Positions 1 through 12,344 of a stretch of DNA of 64,000 bases are shown here, piece by piece. Every line of letters starts with the position of its first letter. The first letter of the stretch is position 1. This stretch comes from Octopus vulgaris (taxonomy: Eukaryota). The position numbers and the translations under genes were made by a program. Where the stretch lies: the NCBI GenBank assembly GCA_951406725.2, contig OX597842.1:29574001-29638000 (forward strand), written 5' to 3'. The notes under the pieces were generated by a model that was not told the origin of the DNA, ran no database searches, and was given only the letters and a program-made list of their open reading frames with translations.

Positions 1-54
1 TGTACTGGATTCCATGTTACCAGCAGCACTTATGAGAGCCTTGTAAGTGACCTG

Positions 55-522
55 ACATACAGACAGACATACATAGATACATACATACATATATATTTGC
101 ATACTTACAAACACATACATATAGACATACATACATGCATAGATACAGACATAGATACATGCATGCATACATACATACATGCATACACACATACATGCAT
201 GCATACATACATACATGCATACATACATATGCACATACATACATACATACATACATGCATGCATACATACATGCATGCATGCATACATGCATGCATCCAT
301 ACATGCATGCATGCATCCATATATGCATGCATGCACACAAAGATGCATACATACATACATATATATTTGCATGCTTACAAACACATACCTACACACATAC
401 ATACAAACATACACACACATATACATATATACATGCATGCATAAATACATCTGCACATACATGCAGATTCATACATGCATGCAATCACACATACATACAC
501 ATATATACACACATACATATGC
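55..522. repeat. Degenerate (CATA/CATG)n microsatellite
   Basis: Direct inspection; similar tract with the same 5' flank at 4534-4745. Confidence 0.95.
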
Positions 523-1591
523 ACCACCAGTTTTAGACGTATCAGTTTTCCGATTCAGTGTTTTGTCCGACATTTGAAATCAGGATAAAAATTCTTAAAA
601 TATTTGAAACAAACTCAAAATAAAGAAACAGGATAGAAATTGATTGTTGCATAACAAAATATGATAGCAGAGTGTGTAAAGTAATATTTATGTTGACCGA
701 TTTCTCAATCACAACGTGACTAACCTCTCAGGTGTGGCACTATTGGTTGACGATATGAAATTACGCGAGGTGTCTATTATTCTCGTTAATTTAAGAAAAG
801 TGATCCTCTCTAAATTTAACAATGATTATCTTGTTGCTGGTGGTGGTGGTATTTTGTGTGTGTGTGTGTGTGTGTATTTGATATTGTTGGCATTGTTATT
901 GTTGTTGCCCTCTCTTCCAGTTATCTGATCAAATGGCTGAATTGCGGCCACACATATATTGTCCCTGATATACATATGACTGCATCAAGCTGACACCATA
1001 GAACACGGGTTCGATGTGTGTCGCGGGAAATGCGGCCACGTCTACCTCTTGTGCTATCTCTAGTGAACATTTGATTCTAGTGAGTTCAAATTTTAGATGT
1101 TGTTCAACTCCCAGATTACCTCTAGTCCAAAAATCATTTACTTAAAAACGTTCTAGCCATGACCATCCTGTCTTTTGGATATGAGTAATGTTGAAATTAC
1201 ATTATCTACAATAGCCTTTCTTTCTTATAAAAGTAAGGTGTGAGCTGAGTGAGGTTTAGCTGCTTTTTCTATCGGGTCATCACAATAGCCAATTGAGAGC
1301 TTTGCAGTAATTGTTGCAGTTGTCTGTGTTCTGAGATCAAATCCAGCTGAAGTCAAATTCTACAGGGTCAATAGATAAACTACTAGATATTGCTACAACA
1401 CCTGAGAACTGCATTGATCCCATTAAGGGCCCAACGCAAGGCATTTGAATAAATCACAGAGTTGGTCTGAGCAGAAATGTGTAGGTTGGTTGTGGTTGTG
1501 GTTGTGGTAGTGTTGATGATGCAGGTGGTGGTTGTGGTGGAGGTGGTGGTGGTGGTGGTGATGGTATAGGTTGCAGAAGTGATTCTGGTTG

Positions 1592-3094
1592 GGGTCATAG
1601 AGATAGTGGTGGTCCTTTTTGCAAGGAAAGGTCAGTTTTGGAGTAGTTGTAGCTGTTTAGCCCCCTTTCAGCCCAGATCTTTGAAAACCTTGAATCAAAG
1701 ACACTCCACCCATGACATACTCTTTGGATTAACTTTACACACAATCCCACCACCGGTTGAAAATATTAAGTAGCAGTAATATACTGTTCTTGTTTATCTC
1801 ATCTAATTCTCTTTCTCAGGTTTTGAGGCCTTGTGTAGGCTATGGGCGCTGCCATACTTTCCTCCACTAATTAATTAGCATGCTTTATGCACAAATACTT
1901 TATATGCATATATATGGCCATTAGTCTATGATTGTTACATGCACATACTGCATGTACACGTATATGTTTATGTATATATCATCATCATCGTTTAACGTCC
2001 GCTTTCCATGCTAGCACGGGTTGGACGGTGTGACCAGGGTCTGGGAAGCCAGAAGGCTGCACCAGGCTCCAGTCTGATCTGGCAGTGTTTCTACAGCTGG
2101 ATGTCCTTCCTAACGCCAACCACTCCGTGAGTGTAGTGGGTGCTTTTTACGTGCCACCGACACAGGCCACAGGAGGCTGGCAACGTCCACGATCATCTGG
2201 TACTTTTTACGTGCCACAGGCACATGTATCACAACTACAAGTTCCATATGATTTTTATTTTGATGTTGACCTTCCCTGTTTGAAGGTTATAATGGACACA
2301 GGTTCGTGTGTCACATAGCTAGCTAGCGGCGACGGCCTCTTGGAGTTAATCAACGGCAGCATTCGTCCTATATTTATTGAGTGCCATATTAGCTTTGTGA
2401 TAACTATTAATATCCAGTATCGCTGCCGTAGTCTCCTTTAGAGAGACTTAGAAATAATAATATTTCTATATTGATATATATATATGTGTGTGTGTTTGTT
2501 TGTGCATGTGTATACATACAGATAGACAGACAGACAGAAGGGAGAAAGCTAATTCAAAGACTACAGATCCAATCCATCACTGGAATTGTAAGAATCTGTA
2601 AAACTTTCCAGAAGTTTACCATTTAAATATATATGAGTATGTCTAGATGTGCAGCTATATGCATGAGAATACATACATAAAACAAAGAAATCTGCATGCA
2701 CATACATACATACATACATACATACATTCTCTGTTGTTGATATTGAAAAATTCTAATGAAGGTGACATGGATCTAGGTTAGAACCCGGTTCTTTCTGTAT
2801 TGGCAAGAAATCTTGAAATAAAGATGATTGGCCGTTGCTATGGCCTGCTCATCAAACTGCAATTCTTCACATTATTCTCAGGACAAAATGTATAAGTGAC
2901 AAAGAGCATGACATTCTCCCTGAGCAGGGCACTAGTCAATCGCAGGGTTATTTATTTACAGCTCAGTTGATGGGAACAATGTGAAATGAGGTATTCATCT
3001 GAGGACCTCTAAGCACCACCCTCTGGGAATCGAAATCATGAACACACATATTTATGATGTGTGTGTGTATGTGTGAGTGTGATTGTGTGTGTGA

Positions 3095-3126
<32 letters not shown>

Positions 3127-3760
3127 TGTCAGGCTTTTATTTGTCATGAAATCAAAAAGATTTAAATGGGCTTTATATAATAAGCTCCTTACGTAGGTGC
3201 GCGCGCCCCTGTATATGTGTGTGTGTGTACGTGCACGTGTGTGTAAGTACATACATACATGCACAGAGTTTTTCAAAAAATTATGAAAAGCTTATGTCGT
3301 ACTAAATGAACTGAATTACATTTTGAAAGGATAAATTGTAAACAACATTCAAGGTTACAGAAATTCGGGTCATAGTTTGGGTCATGGTGATAGTGGTGGT
3401 CCTTTTTGCAAGGAAAGGTCAGTTTTGGAGTAGTTGTAGCTGTTTAGCCCCTTTTCAGCCCAGATCTTTGAAAACCTAGAATCAAAGACACTCCACCCGT
3501 GACATACTCTTTGGATTAACTTTTCACACAATCCCACCAGTGGTTGAAAATATTAAGTAGCAATAATATACTGTTCCTGTTTATCTCATCTAATTCTCTT
3601 TCTCAGGTTTTGAGGCCTTGTGTAGGCTATGGGCACTGCCTTACCTTCTTTCACTAATTAATTAGCATGCTTTATGCACAAATACTTTATATGCATATAT
3701 ATGTGCATTAGTCTATGATTGTTACATGCACATACTGCATGCACATGTATATGTTTATTT
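1592..3760 (+). repeat. ~370-bp direct duplication (1592-1970 / 3378-3760)
   Basis: GATAGTGGTGGTCC...GTTACATGCACATACTGCATG nearly identical in both copies. Confidence 0.9.
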
Positions 3761-4202
3761 GTTTGTGTTTGTACATACATAAAAACAACACAAGAATCCC
3801 AAAACGAACTTCAATACAATATATCTCAAAATAACGAGGGGAATATCCGAGTGGATTTTGACATCAAATTACCAATCGAACCCCGATGGATCCAGGTACA
3901 CTCCAAGGCTGGCCATTTTGCTGGTTGACTGTCTATTCAACGTCAAATTACTTTTCATCAGTGAACAGCAGTTAGGGCAGCATGCCTTCAACAATCTCCT
4001 TGGAGAGTATTATGATTGTATTTTGGTCTATAGCCATTATCTGAGCTATAAATCTGAATTTATTTGGTCTGAAGCAAACACAAAACCCACTATCTATTGT
4101 TAGTCATTAAAGCCTGAAACTTTGGTTGCCTTAATTTCTGAACACCAATATAAACACCACCCAATACACGCATTATCATTATTTCCCTCTCTCTCTCTCT
4201 CT

Positions 4203-4238
<36 letters not shown>

Positions 4239-4999
4239 GCAAGTACTCATACGTAAGTACGTACGCACAAACGTATGTACATACATAGAATATCATTTTA
4301 ACTCATAATTTCTTTGTAGACGAACTGAAGATTTATGCTAAAAGTGTTAACAATGCTTAAAACCAACTGGAATGAATTCCAACCTTTTCAGCTGATTTAC
4401 ACTTCATAGCCGTTCATCCGACCTTTCAACAGGTCTTGTTTTTCATCCTGCTGGGTTTTTAGCTACCCTCCTCATCTGGATATCCAGGTGGGGTTGCCAG
4501 TTTAATTGCTGACAACCCGACCATGCAACATGTTGTACTGGACTCCATGTTACCAGTAGCACTTATGAAAGGCTCATAAGTGACTTGAGATACATGCATG
4601 CATGCAAGCATACATATATAGATGCATACATACATACATGCATAAATGGATACATACATACATACATACAAACATACATACAAACATACATACGTGCATG
4701 CATACATACATGCATACATGCATACATACATACATACATACATACTGCTGTAAGCTGCAAAGATGGCCAATTTGATAACAAAAAGTATTAAATTCCTTAT
4801 CTGTAATTTCTTTATTAATGAATATAAACCATGTGCTTAATAAGATCTATATATAATATATATGCTTAATATAGATCTAATGTTTTAAGGGAATTTCATT
4901 CCCCCAAAATTCTAGGTATTGAATCAGTATTTCCTTGAATACAACTATCCCTTCAAAAGGCTAACATAACCCCTAATTACATATATACATATATATTTA

Positions 5000-5040
<41 letters not shown>

Positions 5041-5684
5041 TTGTTAAATACATTATATGTATGTACATACATATATATATTATATGAATGTATGCATGTA
5101 TGTATGTGGGCATATATTTATTTCAGTTTTACATATTTTTCTAAATTCACACAAAAGGGTGACCTAAGTTTAGAATAAAGACAAGTCCCACCCATGCTAG
5201 CATGAAAAGCAGACGCTAAACGATGATGATGATGATATTGATACGTACATGCACAGAGTTTTTCAAAAATTAGGAAAAGCTTACGTCATACTAAATGAAT
5301 TGAATTACACTTTGAAAGGATAAATTGTAAACAACATTTAAGGTTACAGAGATTCAAGTCACTTAAGGAGTGGCTTGATATTGAGTGAATGTAATATAAG
5401 AAGATAGAAAGTATAGATAAATAAAATTCCACGAAAAACACAATGAATAGCCTTATTGGCTGAGACGACTTACCTCCTGATTATTATTTAACTAAGAAAC
5501 TAAAACCAGTTTGTTCATTACAGCGAGAGAAATCCAACTGAAAACCTCGAAACAAACTTACTCAGGTGAAAACCTTAAAACTCAAACTTATCCAACTGAA
5601 AACTTCTGATTCAAGGTAAGGAAAAAATTTTCTTGTCTTAAATCTTGTCATATATATATTTATATAATATTTTATCCTTTACTA

Positions 5685-6795
5685 CTGAAAGCTGCGGCCA
5701 TGCTGGGGCACACTGCTATTACTGAGAACCTCCTCTGATATGTGGTATTTGGTCAATAAGGGAGTTTGATATCATTGCCCTCATTTGCGCCTCCTGCTGC
5801 AAGGTAGGTTCATCTGGGATTCTCAACTGGAAGAAGTTCAGTTTTCTTTTGAAAACACCTACATCCGCTTTGTGTAGGTCCCTCACGCTCTTTGGGAGAA
5901 TATCAAAAAGCTGTAGGCACTTGAAACCCAGGCTGTTGCAGTAAATGGTCCTGAAATGTTGGGATCTTTGGCACTGTGCAATGGTGACCCGTTCTGGCAT
6001 TTGTGTAGCTTTCAAATTTGGTACAATCCCTTCCAGGATCTTCCAGATGTATATTACTGCATATCTCCCCCATCTTCATTCTAGGAAATAGAGTCTTATC
6101 TGTTTCAGCCTTCCCCAGTAGCTGAGCTGTTGCAATGAGATGATCATCTTTTAGTAGCTTCGCTGGATTGCTTCAAGGTCCACTGTTAATTTTACAGTGT
6201 GGGGTGACCGTTGTTAGGAGCAGTAGTTCAGGCGGCTGAGGATTAATGTCCTCCAGCAGACCATCATGGTTTCTTTCTCTCTGGTTCTGAAGGTTCTCAG
6301 AATCCATCCAGCCTGCCGTCTGCACTTCGTTGTCATCTTGTTAAAGTGCACTTGGAAAGAGGTATCGTCACTCATGTTGATACCCAGATCACGCACGAGA
6401 TTGTAATCCTCCCCCTGGGCCAGTATACCCTGTATGTGTTCCATTCAATTTTGGGTGCTAGTAGCACAAGGCTTGAAATTTTCCAGCATTAAACTGCATA
6501 TTATTGTCCTCAACCCATCTGTAAATTGCATCCAACTCCTGCTGCAGGCATGCAATATTGCTGGGGTTCTGTATTTTCTGCGAGACTAACATGTTGTCTC
6601 CGTAGCTAGCAAGGGTATCCAGGCAACTGAGAGCATATCTGAGAGGGCCACTATGAAAATCGGTGGCTGGCCCTAAGACAGTGCCCTGTGGAACACCACT
6701 CACTATTTGTGGTTCCGTTGAAGTGGTACCACTGGCTACCACTGCCTGACTTCTGTCTTTCAGAAAGCCATGTAACCATTCTCCAAGGTTTCCAG
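5685..6795 (-). mobile_element. Degenerate CR1/L2-group LINE, 3' part of ORF2 (RT)
   Basis: SGVPQGTVLGP, decayed YADD (YGDN), NNMQFNAGKF, WILRTFRTR..., frameshifted. Confidence 0.85.
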
Positions 6796-7399
6796 CTGAA
6801 CAAATAATTTTTTGAGTTTCCTGTTCATCCTGATGTGGGGGTCATTGTCGAGATGTGCCTTAACTCGTAATCGAATCGCAGCAATGAACTCCTAAAATGG
6901 CCATAGGTGTGTTTGACTTGATTTTGTGGAACTCTTTTTGATCCTGGACGCTAACCTACCATGGTTTTTATGAACTGAACTTTTTTGATGTACTCTTTTG
7001 TTTGAGGGGAGTAAGAAAAATTTTTTTTAGTTGATTGATATTTTCTTTTATTTTATTTGGATTTTTAGTAGCATGACACGATTTAGAATTTTGGGTTGAT
7101 TGTATATACCTTCTTGATAGGCCGTTCTATATACCTGCATTTTTTTCGCATATATATTTTTTACCTTTGATGTTTTTTTATATATGTATGCTTTATATGT
7201 TTAAGCACCATGGTAATATTTATATATGATCAAATGTTTGGAGGTACGTTGTTATATATAAAGTCATGGACTCGAATTTGACGTTTGTTTTATGATCAAT
7301 GTTTCTTTATCTCTGTCTCAATTACATTTGAGCACTTCTTTTTTGTAGTCTTATAAACCCTTTGTTTCCATAAAAAGGAGACAGAAATTATTTCTTGTC

Positions 7400-7424
<25 letters not shown>

Positions 7425-7433
<9 letters not shown>

Positions 7434-8607
7434 ATTGGTGAATTGAAGAAATGGAGCTGAACGCAGATTGAACAGAAATCGTTTTATTTCATTCTACACG
7501 TGTTTCAAAAGGCACAAATTACCAAAATCCGATTGAATAATGGGACCATATTGTGTCTTTCTCTTCAGGAAGAAAATAGGAAATCCGTTGGAAAAACAAA
7601 AACAGAACAGAGGCGGAGCAAAAACAAATCGAACTATGCTCCTAAGAGCCCATGGCGAAACTGTTTATCAGTGTATGTTGAGAACCGGTGGCTGAAGAAT
7701 TTAACGGGTCAGGCATCGGTCAATCATGTGGGTGAGGGTGTGTGGGTGTTCTTTGTGACCGAGAATAAAGTTCTGACTATTTAAGGAATATTGGATGTTT
7801 TATAAGGGGCGAGAAAAATCTACTTAGAGACGTGTGTGTGTGTATACTGTTCTATATATGTGTGTGTTGGCGTAGGGGTAGAAAACATTTTTTGTGTACG
7901 TGTGTGCGTTTGATCGTTCGGCTGTCAGTGGCTACTGCCGCGAGAACCGTTGGGTGGCAGAAAAAAATATATATATATTATGTTTTATGTGTGTGTGTGT
8001 TCATCTAAGCCTGCCTTGTCAAGGAAACCCCCCGCTGTGAAAAAACCAAGCCCCGTTTGTCTTACAGGAGTAATTCCCCTGGAGTAAATCGCGGCAGTAG
8101 CCACTGACAGCCGAACGATCAAACGCACACACGTACACAAAAAATGTTTTCTACCCCTACGCCAACACACACATATATAGAACAGTATACACACACACAC
8201 GTCTCTAAGTAGATTTTTCTCGCCCCTTATAAAACATCCAATATTCCTTAAATAGTCAGAACTTTATTCTCGGTCACAAAGAACACCCACACACCCTCAC
8301 CCACATGATTGACCGATGCCTGACCCGTTAAATTCTTCAGCCACCGGTTCTCAACATACACTGATAAACAGTTTCGCCATGGGCTCTTAGGAGCATAGTT
8401 CGATTTGTTTTTGCTCCGCCTCTGTTCTGTTTTTGTTTTTCCAACGGATTTCCTATTTTCTTCCTGAAGAGAAAGACACAATATGGTCCCATTATTCAAT
8501 CGGATTTTGGTAATTTGTGCCTTTTGAAACACGTGTAGAATGAAATAAAACGATTTCTGTTCAATCTGCGTTCAGCTCCATTTCTTCAATTCACCAATAA
8601 TGTTTTA
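7425..8607. repeat. 519-bp inverted repeat (7425-7943 / 8089-8607) with 145-bp spacer; Penelope-like pLTR
   Basis: Identical 94-aa ORF on both strands (7500-7784 +, 8248-8532 -); each arm carries a hammerhead motif. Confidence 0.9.
8455..8547 (+). ncRNA. Minimal type I hammerhead ribozyme motif (Penelope-like); mirror copy on - strand at 7485-7577
   Basis: TTC-CTGAAGA(8464)-stem II (GAAAGACACAA/TTGTGCCTTTT)-GAAAC-ACGT-GTA-GAA; palindromic stem III ACACGTGT. Confidence 0.7.
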
Positions 8608-8753
8608 ATTTCAATTATCCGCACCAACGCACGGTTGCAACACCATATGGTTGTACCTCCAACCGTGCTGTTTACTGCTGTGATTTTTGCTACTAAGGTA
8701 TCGGTTAAACTTTTGATTAATCTACTACAAGATTATTCATCTTTCTATTTCAC

Positions 8754-8825
<72 letters not shown>

Positions 8826-8828
<3 letters not shown>

Positions 8829-10205
8829 GGGTGGAGTCTAGCTTGAACCTGCCTGAGATTTGAAACCAGATCTACTGGCTTGTTGCTTGTCGAAACAAGA
8901 GGGAAATCTTCCACCTAGATGATTGATGAGGAAGCACTCCACACCCTAGGACCTGTATTGGTCAAGGAAAGGTCAGTCCTTTGTTTAAGGTTTGATCTAC
9001 ATTACTGACTATAGCCTTTATAACAAAGAGAATCTATCTCTTCGTTTGATGTATCAACTGTGACCAAGGAGCAACAAGGGCTCTTAGGGTTAGGGTTAGG
9101 GTTAGGGTTACGTGTCAGCCAGGCTTTTGCATCAGCCTTAACCAAGAGCAGCACTTCCCTTCGCTCAACATGCAAAGAGAGGCTTTCGGCCGCGAGAAAG
9201 GCGATGCCACCTTTATCTTTTCTTCCTTTCTAGTCAGCACCATGACTACCTTACTCTTTCCCTCTCTACAGACAGACAACCTTTTTCTACGTATGAACTA
9301 CTAACTAGCGAGTCATCCTTGTTGTCACTATCACTAGAATTGCTACTGTCTCTGTAACAACCTGTTGGGCAAACGAATAGATATATGTAAATAACATTTC
9401 TTCCTTCTTGGACTTAAATCTTCGATGTTCAGTGGTTACTCCGATGTGAGAACCTTGAAGTGTTAAATCTATACGCTACATTTAGTTGTGGGTTACCTCA
9501 TATCGATTGGTATGGCACATCACATCTAGCCTACTACATTTGGTGACCCCGTCGAAGAATCACAGCCTTCACATCACCCGGCAATGAATTGGAACTGGAA
9601 AACCCCTGCGATTAATCGGCACATAATGTCTCTCTCTGAACGCAGCCCAGCAGCGTACACATCCACTGTCGAAATGGCATTCCAGATGGCAATTACATTG
9701 AGGATTCCCCCATTTTGGACGCACGACCCTGCATTATGGTTTCACCATATAGAGGCCCAATTTTCATCCAACCGAATAGTGATCAATGTGTCTCGACTTA
9801 CGCATGTGATCAATTCCCTTTCACCAGAGATCATGAATGTGTTCCGTGATCTCATTATGGCACCACCTGGTTCTGTGTCATATGACACTTTCAAAACCAC
9901 CCTAATCAAAAGAACTTCAGAGACCCAACAAAAGCGACTCCACCAGCTCCTTACATCGGAAGAATTGGGTGACAGAACACCTTCCCAGCTTCTACGATGA
10001 ATAAAGCTGCATCTTGGAGATGAGATCCTCCCTGAAAAGATTTTTAAGTAGCTTTTTCTCTTGCGTCTGCTTTCCAACACATAGGTGGTCCTCTCTTCCA
10101 CATGAGAATCCACTACCATTGAGGAACTGGCGGAGCTAGCTGGCAAAATAGCCGAGGTTCCACATAGATATTCAACAGTATCAACGGTGACACCAGCCAT
10201 CCTCA
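8826..10205 (+). mobile_element. Ty3/Gypsy remnant: 5' LTR (~8826-9538), tRNA-Trp-type PBS, truncated gag
   Basis: TG...CA LTR followed by TGGTGACCCCG at 9541; gag motif IPPFW..DP.LWF..IEAQF and LGDRTPSQLL; stops downstream. Confidence 0.8.
9084..9110 (+). repeat. Interstitial telomeric repeat (TTAGGG)4
   Basis: TTAGGGTTAGGGTTAGGGTTAGGGTTA. Confidence 0.9.
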
Positions 10206-10351
10206 CTATAATTCTTAGGAGTGGCTGTGTGGTAAGTAGCTTGCTTACCAACCACATGGTTCCGGGTTCAGTCCCACTGCGTGGCATCTTGGGCAAGTGT
10301 CTTCTACTATATATATATAAGTAAATACAATGTCTTGTTGTTGAGATAGGT

Positions 10352-10452
10352 TCTCTTTCTTTCCTGATGAGAAGATTGCATTATTTTACACCGTTTATTC
10401 CTTTGGAATAAAACCAATGTTGTCTTCGAAACATATGTCGAATATAAAAGAA
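10352..10452 (+). ncRNA. Minimal type I hammerhead ribozyme motif
   Basis: TTC-CTGATGA(10364)-GAAGATTGCATT/AATGTTGTCTTC-GAAAC-ATAT-GTC-GAA; canonical core, GUC triplet, palindromic ACATATGT. Confidence 0.75.
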
Positions 10453-10760
10453 TTCGAATAACATCTGCATTCAACTCCATTTACACAAATTACTGCACAT
10501 TAACCCGGAGTTTCTACCTTTGAATAGTTCGCTACATCCTTGTTACTTGCGTGAATTTTGCTACCCTGGTAACCGTTTATTGAATTTTCCATGTTAACGG
10601 TAAACAAAGAATAATTCATTCATCCATTTATATATATATACATATATATATATGTGTGTGTTTGTATGTTATGTATCTATATTGTATATATGTATATACA
10701 TATAATATATGTATAAAAGATGTATTATATGTGTGTGTATAATATATATATATGTATATA

Positions 10761-10815
<55 letters not shown>

Positions 10816-11293
10816 CAATGCGTGTGTGATAGGATGTGCTCCATGCATGACACTGTTCCATCCAAATTTTGACACGAGGTTAATCAGTTTAAATTCCTTC
10901 CATTTTGAATTCAAACTGGATCCTGTACAATCAGCGGAGGGCTGTAATAATATAAAAAGCACATCATTAATGAGAGAAACAAGCAGGGGCTTCAACCTGG
11001 CCCTCCTTCATTTCATGTTACACCTGTTTCAGTATTTGGTAACACATCGTTGTGTCACACAATATCTGCAATTGGTAGATGCACCGCATAAGGGCAGCAT
11101 GTATAAGGAAATACATGCAGTAACCAAAACGAAATACTTGAGAGGTACACGGCTTGAAGGGAAGGGAGATCAGGAGAAGGTAGAGTAGGAACACGACCCC
11201 CAGAAACACAATTGTGGACTAGTGTTGATGAGAATGGGGGCTAAGCATTGACCAGAGTTTGGGGATATAGGCTGTGCTTACATGCCCCCTTAA

Positions 11294-11514
11294 CCCTTTC
11301 GTTACTGTATTTATTTTGAGATGCTCTGTGTTTCTTTCAATTATTTTAAATGTAACAAAGAATTTAGTAAAATAACTCAGTTATCATGAAGCTAGTGTTA
11401 GGAACATAAGTTGTGACTAAGGTTTGATGGAAGATTTTAATTCAAAACTTATGAAAACAAGACATTTGTACTACAGAGCCAGAGCCGGTTTCAGCTGGGT
11501 TGGTATCAAAAGGG
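11294..11514. mobile_element. piggyBac-type MITE, copy 1
   Basis: TTAA|CCCTTTCGTTAC...GTATCAAAAGGG|TTAA. Confidence 0.75.
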
Positions 11515-11546
11515 TTAAGAATTGTTTCTCTATTATATATTTTAAA

Positions 11547-11762
11547 GCCTTTTGTTACCATATTCTGTAGAGATGGTCTGTGTTTCTTTCAATTATTTTA
11601 AATATAACAAAGAATTTAGTAAAATAACTTAGTTATCATTAAGCTAGTGTTAGGAACAAATTGTGACTAAGGTTTCGTGGAAGATTTTAATTCAAAACTT
11701 ATGAAATCAAGACATTTTACCACAGAGCAGATCCGGTTTCAACCGGGTTAGTATCAAAAGGG
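11547..11762. mobile_element. piggyBac-type MITE, copy 2, adjacent to copy 1
   Basis: Highly similar to 11294-11514, ends GTATCAAAAGGG|TTAA. Confidence 0.7.
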
Positions 11763-12260
11763 TTAAGAGAGGGGAGACAGGCGGGTAAGTAGATAACATA
11801 TCAGGTGACCAGTAAGAGATTCTGAGTGCAATAATCAAGCACCACTGGGGTTTGTGGTAGCACCATTGATAGATGCGTCCAACTACATACAAACCTGCGG
11901 ATACGCATTAACACATTAATATGCTTGCTTCCCCAGCCACACATGCACAGAGAGTTGGTGGGTTGGTGGGGGCGGGGACTGAGTAGGAGGATTCCTTGAG
12001 CAAGAACCTTTATTTCACGTTGGTCCAGTCTACTCAGCGAAAATGAGTTGTGCCTGTATTTCAAAGGGTCAGCCTTGTCACACTCTGTGTCATGCTGAAT
12101 CTCCCTGAGAACTACATTAGGGGTACACGCGTCTGTGGTGTACTCAGCCATTTGCATGTTAATTTCACAAATGAGCTGTTCCGTCTTCTTTAAATTGCTC
12201 TTTACTTCATTTTATATAAGTTTTTAAAAACCATCTTACTTTCCTTTTTATTCAAAAGAC

Positions 12261-12344
12261 ATGGATGTAAATAAGATTATAAGCAACATTCTGGGTGGGG
12301 ACTTTGAAGATGTCAAACAACTTATCAAAGAAAATCCTGAAACA
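12261..12344 (+). CDS. Coding exon 1 (MDVNKIISNILGGDFEDVKQLIKENPET), N-terminal capping ankyrin-like helix pair
   Basis: Pyrimidine tract and AG at 12257-12258, ATG at 12261, donor GTAAGT at 12345; GDFEDVKQLI resembles ankyrin helix 2. Confidence 0.65.

Noticed and set aside
17-577. Overlapping HTYI/MYVC-rich ORFs (also at 4459-4791, 10628-11188, 42188-43410, 54417-55475, 57031-57329, 63476-63976)
   Set aside because: Stop-free translations of (CATA)n, (CA)n, (TA)n and (TATC)n microsatellites; no domain signal
1800-1830. Splice-acceptor-like CTCTTTCTCAG in the duplicated block (also near 3600)
   Set aside because: No matching donor or coding signal downstream
7500-8532. Two identical 94-aa ORFs on opposite strands
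   Set aside because: By-product of the inverted repeat; GTG start and no recognisable domain
10820-11280. Possible LINE RT fragment on the - strand
   Set aside because: Only faint, frameshifted motif resemblance; cannot be supported without an alignment
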